IMG/VR virus record: IMGVR_UViG_3300025934_000014
Coordinates: 1 to 64,000 of that record
Source: a virus
Lineage: Duplodnaviria; Caudoviricetes
DNA: 64,000 bases
Direction: 5' to 3' (one strand)
A model generated the notes under the pieces. The model had not been told where the DNA came from. It was given only the letters and a program-made list of their open reading frames with translations, and searched no databases. Positions within the stretch are counted from its first letter, which is position 1; every line of letters starts with the position of its first letter. The position numbers and the translations under genes were made by a program. Of this stretch, positions 28,842 through 39,165 are shown piece by piece.

Positions 28842-31256
28842 ATGCCGCGCTTTCATCCGACGCTCTACCGAAAGCGGTTGCAGCCGCCGACGGCGCTGGT
28901 TGCGAGTCAGATCGCACAGGTGCCAGCGGGGATCACGTCGATTCGCCTGACGTGGCACACGACGGATCCGAATCAGTACACGAATATCTGGTTCAGCAAC
29001 GGCTCGTACATCGGCTATGTGAACCCCGGTGTGCAGACGTACGACGTGACCGGGCTGGCGGCAAACACGCCGTACAGTTTCTATGTCACGCAGTCCGAGG
29101 GTGGCGGTGGGCGGCTCTCGGCTCCGTCGAATATCGCTGGGGCGACGACGCAGCAAGCGTTCGTCGCGCCGACGAACTTCACCGCGAGTCAGGTGCTGCC
29201 GCTCCCGGCTGGCGTGACCCAGATCGCGCTGGCGTGGACGAACAGCCCGTACGGGGATTACACGAACGTCTATCGCTGGACCGGCAGCGCGTGGGCGTTC
29301 CTCGCCACGCTCAATCCCGGCGTGGCGAGCTATACCGACACCGGCCTCGCCGCGAATTCGACGTACTACTACCACGTCAACCACGAACGGCCGACGGACC
29401 AGTGGTACGAATCCGCGCCATCGAACGATGCGGTCGCGACGACGCAGGTCAAGTTCGACGCGCCGACGGTGACGAGCGTGGTGGCACCGGCTGGCCCGGA
29501 CGGCAGCACGCAACTGGTCGTCACGTGGGTCAACGCGCAAGCGGGTGATGCCATTGAGATTTTCCGCTACATCAATCGGGGCGGCGCTGGCGACGGTTGG
29601 CAGTACGTCGGGCTGGTTGGGCCGGGCACGACGACGTGGACCGATACCAGCCTTAACCCGAGTGAGACGCGAGCGTACGGGATGGCGCACTATCGCTCGA
29701 ATGCGAGCGGTGCGTATGACACCGGTATTCAGCAGTGGTTGTGGGCCGGGACGAAGCCCCCGGCCGTGTCTCCGACGGGTGTGGTCGTCACCGTCCCTGC
29801 GAATCCAGCGGTCGGGCAGGCACAACTCGATGTGTCGTGGACGAATGCGCCGTACGGGGATCCCGTGCGCGTGTGGCGACGGAATACGACCGACAACTGG
29901 AACTGGGAGAACGTCGATCTTGCGGCAGGGACCGCGTCGTACTCACTGACCGGCCTCTCGACTGGTAAGCATTACGACGTGATCGTGCGCCATCTCCGCG
30001 ATGGCTACGACACGCCTGACAACGGCCAGAACTCCTCCGGGGCGGGTCAGCTACAGGCCGCGTTCAATCCGCCGTCGGGCCTCGCCGTCGCCGGGGTGAA
30101 CAGTTCGCAGATTGCCTTGTCATGGACAAACGGCTCGTACGACTACGTGCAGATTTATCGCTACGCGACGAACGACCCGGTCTGGCGGTACATCGGATCG
30201 CTCAATGCGGGGACGACGGCGTGGACCGACTCTGGCCTCACCGCGAATGTTGGGTACTACTACGCGATGGCGCACTACCGGAACGGCTACGAGACGGCGT
30301 GGTCGAATCAGGTCTACCAACTGACGACCCCTGCGCCTGCGTACAACTTTTCGGTCACGCCCGTCTCGAATGATCAGACCCTGCGGATGCAGTGGACTCC
30401 GCAGTCGAACGTCCAGCATCTGCTGATCCTGAATGGGCAGTGGTGGGCGTGGGCGGATGCGGGAGTCAACTACCTCGACATCGGCGGCTTGACGCCGGGT
30501 GCGACCTACACGTGCTACGTCCACGCGTACAACGGCAACTTCTCAGACCCGAGTAATCAGGCGAGCAACCGCCCGTCGATGGAGATGGTGATCACGTACG
30601 CGCCTGCCGGGAACTGGGGCGTCGATTACTCGGGCGGCTATACCACGATCTGGGTCGTCGCTGGAGACTGGGTCAACTTCTCGATCCGACGCGGCGGCAC
30701 GCTGCAACGCCTGTTCGTGGGCGCGGGTGGCAACGGTGGGCCGGGCAACGAGGACTACGACATCGGCGGTGGTGGCGGTGGCGGCGGCGCGGTCAACCAA
30801 TGGAACGATGTGGAACCGGTGGTCGATAGCTCGGTCTGGTGCGCCAACATCTACGTGGACGGGAATACGTACTATCGTGGTACCAACGCCGCTCCCGCTG
30901 GCGGGTATGGCAGCGGACCCGCCGACCTCGGGAATGGGTGGGGCGGCTACGGCGGCGGCTCCGGTCAGGGCTATCCCGGCGGCATCGGTGGACAGATGGG
31001 GGCGGGGGGCAGTTCGGGCGGCGGCGGCGGCGGCGGGTCTGGCGGCAATGGCGGCAACGGCACGAACCTCGGGGGCGCGGGAGGGCCGGGCACATGGGCG
31101 TGGGACGGTGGCTACTATGGCTACGGCGGCAAGGGCGGTCGTGGTCCGTTGCAGGGACCACCGGGTGCGAACAGCGGCGGCGGCGGCGAGGCGCAGAACG
31201 TCGGCGGTGCGCTTGTCGGGGCGCATGGCTTCGTGAAGTTCCGGTATCCGAACTGA
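28842..31256 (+). CDS. Fibronectin type III repeat protein with a glycine-rich C-terminal domain (virion fibre or adhesin)
   Basis: About six repeats of I.L.WTN...Y/W.DTGL..NT.Y.Y; LFVGAGGNGG...GGGGGGG...G.HGFVKFRY. Confidence 0.85.
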   Translation: MPRFHPTLYRKRLQPPTALVASQIAQVPAGITSIRLTWHTTDPNQYTNIWFSNGSYIGYVNPGVQTYDVTGLAANTPYSFYVTQSEGGGGRLSAPSNIAGATTQQAFVAPTNFTASQVLPLPAGVTQIALAWTNSPYGDYTNVYRWTGSAWAFLATLNPGVASYTDTGLAANSTYYYHVNHERPTDQWYESAPSNDAVATTQVKFDAPTVTSVVAPAGPDGSTQLVVTWVNAQAGDAIEIFRYINRGGAGDGWQYVGLVGPGTTTWTDTSLNPSETRAYGMAHYRSNASGAYDTGIQQWLWAGTKPPAVSPTGVVVTVPANPAVGQAQLDVSWTNAPYGDPVRVWRRNTTDNWNWENVDLAAGTASYSLTGLSTGKHYDVIVRHLRDGYDTPDNGQNSSGAGQLQAAFNPPSGLAVAGVNSSQIALSWTNGSYDYVQIYRYATNDPVWRYIGSLNAGTTAWTDSGLTANVGYYYAMAHYRNGYETAWSNQVYQLTTPAPAYNFSVTPVSNDQTLRMQWTPQSNVQHLLILNGQWWAWADAGVNYLDIGGLTPGATYTCYVHAYNGNFSDPSNQASNRPSMEMVITYAPAGNWGVDYSGGYTTIWVVAGDWVNFSIRRGGTLQRLFVGAGGNGGPGNEDYDIGGGGGGGGAVNQWNDVEPVVDSSVWCANIYVDGNTYYRGTNAAPAGGYGSGPADLGNGWGGYGGGSGQGYPGGIGGQMGAGGSSGGGGGGGSGGNGGNGTNLGGAGGPGTWAWDGGYYGYGGKGGRGPLQGPPGANSGGGGEAQNVGGALVGAHGFVKFRYPN

Positions 31257-31263
31257 GGAGTGC

Positions 31264-32422
31264 ATGACACGAGCGGTGGTGTTCGAGGGGCCGAAGGCGG
31301 CAACGCGGTTCACGTTGATCTGGACCGCGCTGGCGACGGGCGGGGACGGGAAAGGCGACCGCTCCCCGGCCACGATTCGCAAAGAGGCGCGGTTACAGGA
31401 CGCGTTTGATCGCATCAGTGAGCCGACGGCCTCGCCCACGGGGAACGAGCCGGATCGCAAGCTGACGGGTGAGACGCAGACGGTGGTGCTGGCGCAGGAG
31501 GACTTCGATCTGTTGCAGCAATACACCGAGAAGGTCGCATGGAGTCCGCGCGTCTCTCGCGACGTAGTGGATCTTTGGGACTTCTTAAGCGCCTGCCCGA
31601 AGCAGGAGTAGCGGCCGTATGATCGCGCCGTGATGATCTATCCGGGCGGGGGCTATCCGGGGCTGTACTTCCCGGCTGTCCGGATTGTCATCGTCATCCC
31701 GGAGGTCATCGAGTTCGACGTGCAAGTCTGCACGTCGCTCACGGCCGACGTGATTGTGGACACCCTCGTGGCCGACGAGGGGCTGGTCGTCATCGAGGCT
31801 GGCGAAGTCGAGGCGACGGTCGGTGTCGAGCGGCGGGTGGAGGTGGAGGCCAGCATCGAGCGCGAGGCGCTGATCGACGTGGCGCTCGCACCCTCGCAGG
31901 CGAAAGAGACGGCGGTGGTCCTGCCGCCCGGTGAAGTCGAGGCGATGGTCGTGGTCGGGCGGCGGGTGGATGTGACGGTCGGCATCCTGCGAAAAGTCTC
32001 GATGGTGGAGGCGACGGTGGCGGTGCATACGGCGCTGGACACGACTGCGCCGGTGCTGGTGCGGCTGGTCTTCTCGGTGGACACGGAGCGATGACATGGC
32101 AGGGCAGCTACGCAGGAACGACATTGGCTCCATCATCCGCGTGCGCGTGCGCGAGGAAGGCTTGCCGTTCAACGCGGCAGCGGCGACGACGAAAACGCTC
32201 AAGCTGCAAAAGCCGAGTGGCAGCGTGGTCGCCCGGCCAGCGGAGTTTGAAACCAACGGCACCGACGGCGTGTTCACCTACACCACCGTGAAGGATGACC
32301 TCAACGAGTCGGGTCCGTGGTCGGGGCAAATCTTCATGGAGTTCCCGACCGGCCAGTGGCACACCGATGCGTTCAACTTCCATGTGGGCGAGAACCTTGA
32401 GCTAGTGGTCACGGTACCGTGA
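31264..32422 (+). CDS. Three fibre-associated genes (31264-31611 chaperone-like; 31630-32094 Val-rich; 32096-32422 BppU-like Ig fold)
   Basis: Position after the fibre genes. 32096 has LQKPSG...DGVFTYTT...DLNESGPWSGQI...F.F.V. Confidence 0.55.
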
Positions 32423-35400
32423 GCGCCGCGCCTGCGCCCCAGCGGGACGCCGTGCCCGGCTTGCAGGCACTGGATCGTCTGCCCACGACCTCGACGGCCT
32501 CGATTCCGCTGGCGGTGCGAGCCGCCGACGTGTTCAAGGCAGCGGTGACGCCGCTGAAGGTACCGCTCAACCGCAAGACCACCCAGAACGTGGTACAGCC
32601 CGTGCGGCTCGACACGCTGGAGCCGACACGAGAACTGCTGCCCGTGGCCGGGTTGTCGGCGTACGTCGTGAAGCCTCGGCGCGATCCGCCGGACGTGGCG
32701 CACGTGGTGATGCGGAGCGGACGCGACCGCTGGGTCATTCAGGAGGGGCACACACGACTGGGCGCGGCCGTCCTGCGCGGCGATGAGACGCTCCCGGCGC
32801 GGGTGTGGGAGTTCGAGCAGGCGGACACCGGCGACCTCGTGCCGGTGCTCCGAGGGCTGCACCGGCGCGGCGTCCAGTTGACGCTGCGGGACGCGAAGCC
32901 CGGTCTGCATCCCGACTGGCAACTGGGCGAGACGGGGCTGACGCGGCAGATCACGTTCCCGAACCTCCGGGCGTGCGCGACGTTCATCTCGTCGCTGATG
33001 GACGCGGCGAACGACGCGAATCACCACCCCGACGTGCAGAACGACAACTGCGACGTGACGGTCACGTTCATCACCCACGCGACCGGGACCGTGACGGCGA
33101 AGGACTACGCCGGGGCTGAGGAGGCCGACCGGCTCGCAGGCGAAGCCCTGACGGTGCTCTCGGGCGATGACCTCGCGGTGCTGCTGCTCGACTGGCATGA
33201 GGAGTTGCCGAACGGGCGGGACAATGGTAGTATAGACCTCGGCGGTCCCGGCAGCGGAAACTTCGGGCATGCCGGACGGCCCGGCGAAGTGGGTGGGTCG
33301 GCGGATGGTGGCGGCGGCGGCGGAGACACAGTCAGCACGGTTCCTCTGCGCGAGCCGACGCCGCACGAATTCATCGAGGCGCGGAACAAGTCCTCGCGGA
33401 TGGCGTTCCTGTCACCCTTGACCCCGGACGATCTGAAGGGCCAGAAGCTGTACCTGTCGAAGGACGGGACGGTCGGCGGGGCCATGACGCCGGGCGGGGA
33501 CATGGGGAACCTGTTCAACAACGACGGGCCGTCCGGCGCGGCACGCGAAGTGTTGCTCCAGATGATCGCGGATGGGGGCACGACGGCCGACGCGTACGAC
33601 GGGTATCTGCCGTTGCTGTACACCCAGTTCGGGTTGCACGAAACCGGACGCATGGCGTTCAACCCGGAGTACGCGCCGAAGGATTGGAACTACGAGAAGG
33701 ACGATCATCCGGACGTGATCTTCCTCGCACTGGATCAGCACGCCCAGTCGGTCGATGAGATCCGGGAGCGACTGGCGGACGAGTTCCTGTGGCAGACGCC
33801 GAATGAACCGGGAGATAACTACTATGACGACTACGACCAAGGGAAACGAGACGCCACCGCCATCGCCAGCAAGCACGCCATCATCCGACGAAAAGACGCT
33901 GCCGCCAAGCGCACAGAGTCCGGAGGAAAGACGTTTCTTAGCGAAGCTGGAGCGGCTCAAGGGAGCCGACTGGGTCGCGAAGCATGGCGGGTTGGCGCTG
34001 CGGGAGGCGCGAGCACTGGGCGAGATTTAACCTACCGGGACAGGCTCGCACTGCTACTGGGCGACCTTCCCGGTCACGAGTTCCACGGCAACCAGTGGAC
34101 GGATGCGTACCCGGCCGCGTCACGCGACTACCGCATCGAGCCGGTCAAGGGCGACAAGCGTGCCTGCTGCGATCCCGGCGGCGTCAAGACGAAGCTGACC
34201 AAGCCGGAGCAGGGCGCGATTGGCGAGGCCATCGTCGCGGAGTACCTCACCCAGCAGGAGAAGGACCGCGTCTACGCGTCCAACGTCGGGCAACCCAACT
34301 TCCCCATCGACCTCGTCTCGATCAACGACGACGGCAGCGGCGAGGTCATCGAGGTCAAGGCTGGGAGCGCCGGAAACACCACTGGCGCACAGCAGTGGCG
34401 GCTGACCATCGGAGAGCCGGGCAAGGCCGAGAAGGCCATGCTGGCGGATATGTCCGAGGCGGACAAGGCTCGCTGGAACGACAGCAAGGAAGAACAGATT
34501 CTCGTCCGCAAGGAACGGGCGACGAAGCAAATCTCCAAGAACATCGGTCGCCCGGTCAAGGGGCGCACGCTGACGGTGATTCTCAACCCCGACACGCATC
34601 GCGCCGACGTGTACGAGTTCGACGGCTTCCACCAGCGCATCGGCTGGAACAGCGAGGAAGCGAAGGCTGGCTACCGGGGCACGTTCACGTACCGCCAGAA
34701 GCCAGCGGCGCAGCGGAAGGCGGAAGCGACCATCGCCGCACGCCAGTGGTTCGTGCTGTCAGCCGACAAGCCGGACACGTGGACATTCGTGCCGCCGCCC
34801 GGCCTTAACGTACCGCCCGAGGTCGTCGCGGAAGTGCAGCGCGACATCGAGCGCGAGGCGCGACGGTACGAAGCCTCGCTCACCCAGATGTTCCTGAAGA
34901 AATCGGAGACGCATCTCGGGGATGTGCCGGGCCACGAGTTTCACGGGAACCAGTACAGCGAGGGCACGACGGCGCACGCGCCGGGCAAGTCGGTCCAGTT
35001 GCCCGGTCGGTACGACAAGACGAAGGTCGAGAAGCACTCGATCATTGTCACGTCGAAGCACGGCTACATCGCCGCGACGAAGTCGTCCTCGGATCCGGAC
35101 TACTACTGGGTGAACCACATCCGGGTGGACAGCAAGGCCCGAGGCAAGGGTGAGGGCACGGCGCTGTACATCGCGGCGCTCAAGGAAGCGCAGAAGCGCG
35201 GCGGCAAGGGCATCCTGAACGGCGTCCTGCCGGGCCGTGACATCTCCGACGACGCCAAGCGCGTCTGGGCGTCCCTCACGCGCAAGGGACTGACGGAGCC
35301 GATTACGGCGCACGTTCAGAGCGAGGGCAAGGACATCGCGTTCGAGTCTGTCGTGCTCGTGCGATCTGAGCCGAAGGCCACGCACGCATCGACCGCGTGG

Positions 35401-38400
35401 CATCTCGGGGACGTGCCCGGTCATGACTTCCACGGGAATCAGTGGACGCATGAAGGTGGACGCGGCACGCCGCACGGGGCCAAGAAATCGACCAGCGCGG
35501 ATGGCTCCACGGTCGAGAGTTGGTACGACCGGAAATCCCGGTCGTGGATCACGCAGAAGAAGTCGGGCGGCACCGAGGTGGACTCGGAATACAACGGCAC
35601 CAAGGAGGGCATGAACGTCAGTCACGCCACGATGGTGGCGTCGGCGGAGCCTGCGTCGGCGGAGACAGTCACGGACATCCCCGCCGGTGAGAAAGGCGAA
35701 TGCTTCCGCAACGCGGCGCGGTTCGTCCGTCAGCGCGATGGCTACGTGCTTGTCCACGGCAAGGTGACGAACGGCGAGGGGCAGACGTTCGATCACGCGT
35801 GGGCCGAGTCGGCTACGACGGTCGCGGACCCGACCACCGGCGTGGAGATGAACAAGGGCCGGTGGTATGGACTGGTGAAAGCCAAGCCCGAGGCGAAGTA
35901 CACCGCCGAGCACTCGGCCATCAACATGCTGCGAACCCGCAACCACGGGCCGTGGACGGACACGGAGGTCGGTTCGCGCAAGCTGGCGCTCTCCGCGCTG
36001 TATCTCGACTGGGATGAAGGCTCGCATCCGCGTGACGAGAGCGGTCGCTTCGCGGCCGGGTCGGTGTCCGAGTCGATGGCCGCGTTCAAGGCGAAGTATC
36101 CCGAGGTCGCGTCTCGCTACGCACAGCACAGTGGGACAGAGCGCGGCAGCATCGAGGCGCACACGCGCGAGGTGGGCGACACATGGGCGCAGCAACTGAC
36201 GCCCGAGGAGATGTCTGGCATTTCCGCACGGTTCGGGTCCGACGTGGGCAAGCTGATGGCGGCAGCGATTCCGCTGCACGACATCGGGAAGGCCGACGCG
36301 ATTCGCGAGGGCGGGTCACAGCACGAGCACACGATTCCGATTCTGCAACGCGTGCTCCGGCGCGAAGGCTTCGGCGCTCGTGATGTGGCGCTCGCGACCG
36401 AACTGCTGAACCACGACATGATCGGGCCGCTGCTGCGTGCGCATGAGGGCATGCGAGCGACGTACACACCAGAGCAAGTCGCCGCCAAACTGGAAGCGAA
36501 GGCCGAAGCGGTCGGCATGAGTGCGTCCGACTTCGCGACTCTCCAGATGGCGTTCTTCCAAGCGGACGCCTCGTCGTATCCCTTCGTCGCCCGGCAGATG
36601 ACCCGCGAGAAGTCCGGGCGGCACACGTTCGCCGGGTCGAAGGTGCTCGCGCCGATTCACGCGCTGGTGTCGCGGACGATTCGTCTGTCCATCGATCTGG
36701 GCGATCTGCCCGGCCATGAATTCCACGGCAACCAATGGACCGACGGGTCCGGCGTCAGCGGTCGCGAGTTCGCTGGCAACGAGGGCTACGAGTGGCACGA
36801 GCGCCCAGAGATGGAGACGTATGCCCGGAGCTTGCCGCCGCAGGACGTGGAGGCGGTTGGTAATTACGCGGGGTTCTCCTACGCCGATGTGAATCAACTC
36901 CTGCGCGGCACGTTCCAGCCCGACATCGTCAACGAGTTCGTGCGTCCCGCCACGCCCGAGGAGATCGAAGCGTACAAGCCGTCGATGATGTTCCGAAGTG
37001 GTGGCGCGAAGGACTACGAGCCGGACGATCCGACGAACAAGGTGGCTGACGGGCGCATTATTCGTAATGCGTTCACGGTCGATCCTGCCACGGGTGAGAA
37101 AGTCTTTTACAGCATCCAGCGTGCGGTCCCCGATCAGGCACGCATCCGGAATCTGGAAGACATGACGCGGACGATCAACACGATGATTCGTGAGCGAGGG
37201 TACGTTCTTCCAGAGGCGATCACGGTCAATCGTGCGGCCTACGTGCCCGGCCTGTCCTACGACGATCTGAAGGCGATGGAGGGCGGCGTCATGGAGGAGA
37301 AGGGCTTCACCTCCACGATGCTGGGCAATCCCGGCAATCGGCTGGACAGCTACGTGATGGGTGGCAAGTCCGAGAGCCTCTACAAGAGGTACGCGGACAA
37401 GGAAGGCTCGCACGCGATCTACACACGGCAGGACGAGGTCGGTGCGCCGATGCGCATCAAGATCGTTTTGCCTGCTGGCACCAAGGTCGCTCCGGTCGAA
37501 TCGCTGCGGCGGATCGATTACGAGTACCCGAAGATCCAAGACCCGGCGGTGTTCGACCATCCGGAGTGGTTAACGAAGGATGACGGCACGCCGAATGGCC
37601 TGACGGCCAGCGACTACACGAAGACGGACTACACCGCGAAGCCGACCATCAAGACGAATCGGCTGCATGAGACGAACCAACGCAGCGAGGCCGAGATTCT
37701 ACTGGGCAGCGGAGCGCAGTTCCGCGTCGTCAATGTGCAGCGCGGCCCCCGACGCATCACGTCCTCCGATCCGCAGATGAAGGCGCTGGACGTGATCGAC
37801 GTGACGCTGGAATACATCGGCGGCGGCAGCAGCGAGGGGACGCAGAAGAAAGACCTGAGTAGCAAAGTGGAACGCTGTTCCACTTTGCCCTCGCTCGATC
37901 TCGGTGGCCCCGGCAGCGGCAACTTTGGACACGCCGGTCGCCCCGGCGAGATCGGTGGATCGGCCAGCGAGGAATCGAATGCGTCGGCATTCATTCAGCG
38001 CGACACCTTACCGGCCGATGCCGAGGCGCTGGCGACGATTGAAGGCGCTGGTCCGGAGCGGCGGAAGTGGGTCGAGCGGCTGGTGGCCTCACGGAAGGCC
38101 GATGCCGCACTGTACGACGCAGAGGAGGCGCACAAGGCGTCGATCAAACTGGTCGAGCAGCGGTACGGAACGTGGGAGAGCTTGCTGACTCCGTCCGCCA
38201 GCGATGAAGAACTCGGACGACGCGCGGAGGCGCTGGAGGCCAGACGGCGAGCCGACCCGGACTTCCGGGCCACGCTCGACGTGATGGTGGCCGCGTACGA
38301 CGCGAAGGTGGCGGCGGAGAAGGCGTGGAAGGAGCAAGAGTCTCCGATGCGCGTGGAAGTGATCACGAACCTCTCGCACGCCGTGGCAAAGGACATGGGC

Positions 38401-39165
38401 GTCGATCCGTCGATCATTCACGTCGTGGACAAGGAGCCTCGGGCGTTCACGGTGGGCACGAAGGAATTCCGCGAGGGTGGGCACTACGACACGATCACCA
38501 ATCAGATCGAAATCAATGCCCGGAACCTCCCATACGGGGACGTGCCATCAGTTCAAGGCATCGCGGCGCACGAAGCCTCCCATGCGATCTATAACCGGTT
38601 CAAGGACGAACTGAAAGCCGAGGACGAGCGATACAAGGTGCTGTCCGGGCATTACAACGACGAGAAGGGCACGGACTGGTTCTATGAGCGGTTCGACCAG
38701 CCGCACCGGTTCGGGGAGACGACGGTGAAGCCGGGGATGCGCGAACAACTGGCGCGAGAGTTCCCGGCGTCGGCCGTGTGGGCCAACCTTCACGACGGGA
38801 AGATGTTCACGGGCCTCTCGGACAAGATCATCAAGGAGAACGGGCACAGCGCCTACGCGAAGTCGTACTGGACGCCTGACGCCGTGCGCGTGCGGGGGCA
38901 CGGGACGTACGACACGGCGATCAACGAAACCGTGGCCGAGGTCACGCGCTGGCTCGTCGCACCCAAGTCGTGGAATGAAGAACCGGCCAAAGCGTCGGTG
39001 GCCGATGGCAAGATTCGTCTGCAATCGACGGGACTCGGTCCCAAGTCTGCGTGGGTCGCGCTCACCAAGGGCATGCACGCGTGGTACAAAGACCTCCGAA
39101 CCAAAGAGACGGCGGAGTCGGACGCGTACTGGGCGAAGCGCAGGAAAGAGCAGGCGCAGTCATGA
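32419..39165 (+). CDS. 2248-aa polyvalent protein: ParB-like, pterin-4a-carbinolamine dehydratase-like, GNAT-like, PD-(D/E)XK nuclease, GNAT, transglutaminase/papain-like, HD, VIP2-type ADP-ribosyltransferase and zincin domains
   Basis: EGHTRLGAA; NHHPDV...TH; GEAIVAEYL...PIDLV...IEVKAG; IRVDSKARGKGEGTALY; GECFRNA...HAWAE...DPT; LHDIGK; YADVNQLLRG...GFTST...EAEILL; AHEASHAI. The domains are separated by repeated peptide tags. Confidence 0.8.
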   Translation: MSAAPAPQRDAVPGLQALDRLPTTSTASIPLAVRAADVFKAAVTPLKVPLNRKTTQNVVQPVRLDTLEPTRELLPVAGLSAYVVKPRRDPPDVAHVVMRSGRDRWVIQEGHTRLGAAVLRGDETLPARVWEFEQADTGDLVPVLRGLHRRGVQLTLRDAKPGLHPDWQLGETGLTRQITFPNLRACATFISSLMDAANDANHHPDVQNDNCDVTVTFITHATGTVTAKDYAGAEEADRLAGEALTVLSGDDLAVLLLDWHEELPNGRDNGSIDLGGPGSGNFGHAGRPGEVGGSADGGGGGGDTVSTVPLREPTPHEFIEARNKSSRMAFLSPLTPDDLKGQKLYLSKDGTVGGAMTPGGDMGNLFNNDGPSGAAREVLLQMIADGGTTADAYDGYLPLLYTQFGLHETGRMAFNPEYAPKDWNYEKDDHPDVIFLALDQHAQSVDEIRERLADEFLWQTPNEPGDNYYDDYDQGKRDATAIASKHAIIRRKDAAAKRTESGGKTFLSEAGAAQGSRLGREAWRVGAAGGASTGRDLTYRDRLALLLGDLPGHEFHGNQWTDAYPAASRDYRIEPVKGDKRACCDPGGVKTKLTKPEQGAIGEAIVAEYLTQQEKDRVYASNVGQPNFPIDLVSINDDGSGEVIEVKAGSAGNTTGAQQWRLTIGEPGKAEKAMLADMSEADKARWNDSKEEQILVRKERATKQISKNIGRPVKGRTLTVILNPDTHRADVYEFDGFHQRIGWNSEEAKAGYRGTFTYRQKPAAQRKAEATIAARQWFVLSADKPDTWTFVPPPGLNVPPEVVAEVQRDIEREARRYEASLTQMFLKKSETHLGDVPGHEFHGNQYSEGTTAHAPGKSVQLPGRYDKTKVEKHSIIVTSKHGYIAATKSSSDPDYYWVNHIRVDSKARGKGEGTALYIAALKEAQKRGGKGILNGVLPGRDISDDAKRVWASLTRKGLTEPITAHVQSEGKDIAFESVVLVRSEPKATHASTAWHLGDVPGHDFHGNQWTHEGGRGTPHGAKKSTSADGSTVESWYDRKSRSWITQKKSGGTEVDSEYNGTKEGMNVSHATMVASAEPASAETVTDIPAGEKGECFRNAARFVRQRDGYVLVHGKVTNGEGQTFDHAWAESATTVADPTTGVEMNKGRWYGLVKAKPEAKYTAEHSAINMLRTRNHGPWTDTEVGSRKLALSALYLDWDEGSHPRDESGRFAAGSVSESMAAFKAKYPEVASRYAQHSGTERGSIEAHTREVGDTWAQQLTPEEMSGISARFGSDVGKLMAAAIPLHDIGKADAIREGGSQHEHTIPILQRVLRREGFGARDVALATELLNHDMIGPLLRAHEGMRATYTPEQVAAKLEAKAEAVGMSASDFATLQMAFFQADASSYPFVARQMTREKSGRHTFAGSKVLAPIHALVSRTIRLSIDLGDLPGHEFHGNQWTDGSGVSGREFAGNEGYEWHERPEMETYARSLPPQDVEAVGNYAGFSYADVNQLLRGTFQPDIVNEFVRPATPEEIEAYKPSMMFRSGGAKDYEPDDPTNKVADGRIIRNAFTVDPATGEKVFYSIQRAVPDQARIRNLEDMTRTINTMIRERGYVLPEAITVNRAAYVPGLSYDDLKAMEGGVMEEKGFTSTMLGNPGNRLDSYVMGGKSESLYKRYADKEGSHAIYTRQDEVGAPMRIKIVLPAGTKVAPVESLRRIDYEYPKIQDPAVFDHPEWLTKDDGTPNGLTASDYTKTDYTAKPTIKTNRLHETNQRSEAEILLGSGAQFRVVNVQRGPRRITSSDPQMKALDVIDVTLEYIGGGSSEGTQKKDLSSKVERCSTLPSLDLGGPGSGNFGHAGRPGEIGGSASEESNASAFIQRDTLPADAEALATIEGAGPERRKWVERLVASRKADAALYDAEEAHKASIKLVEQRYGTWESLLTPSASDEELGRRAEALEARRRADPDFRATLDVMVAAYDAKVAAEKAWKEQESPMRVEVITNLSHAVAKDMGVDPSIIHVVDKEPRAFTVGTKEFREGGHYDTITNQIEINARNLPYGDVPSVQGIAAHEASHAIYNRFKDELKAEDERYKVLSGHYNDEKGTDWFYERFDQPHRFGETTVKPGMREQLAREFPASAVWANLHDGKMFTGLSDKIIKENGHSAYAKSYWTPDAVRVRGHGTYDTAINETVAEVTRWLVAPKSWNEEPAKASVADGKIRLQSTGLGPKSAWVALTKGMHAWYKDLRTKETAESDAYWAKRRKEQAQS
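37860..37890. repeat. 31-bp palindromic element, copy 2, in frame within the polyvalent gene
   Basis: Identical to 3091-3121; encodes SKVERCSTLP in an interdomain linker. Confidence 0.9.
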
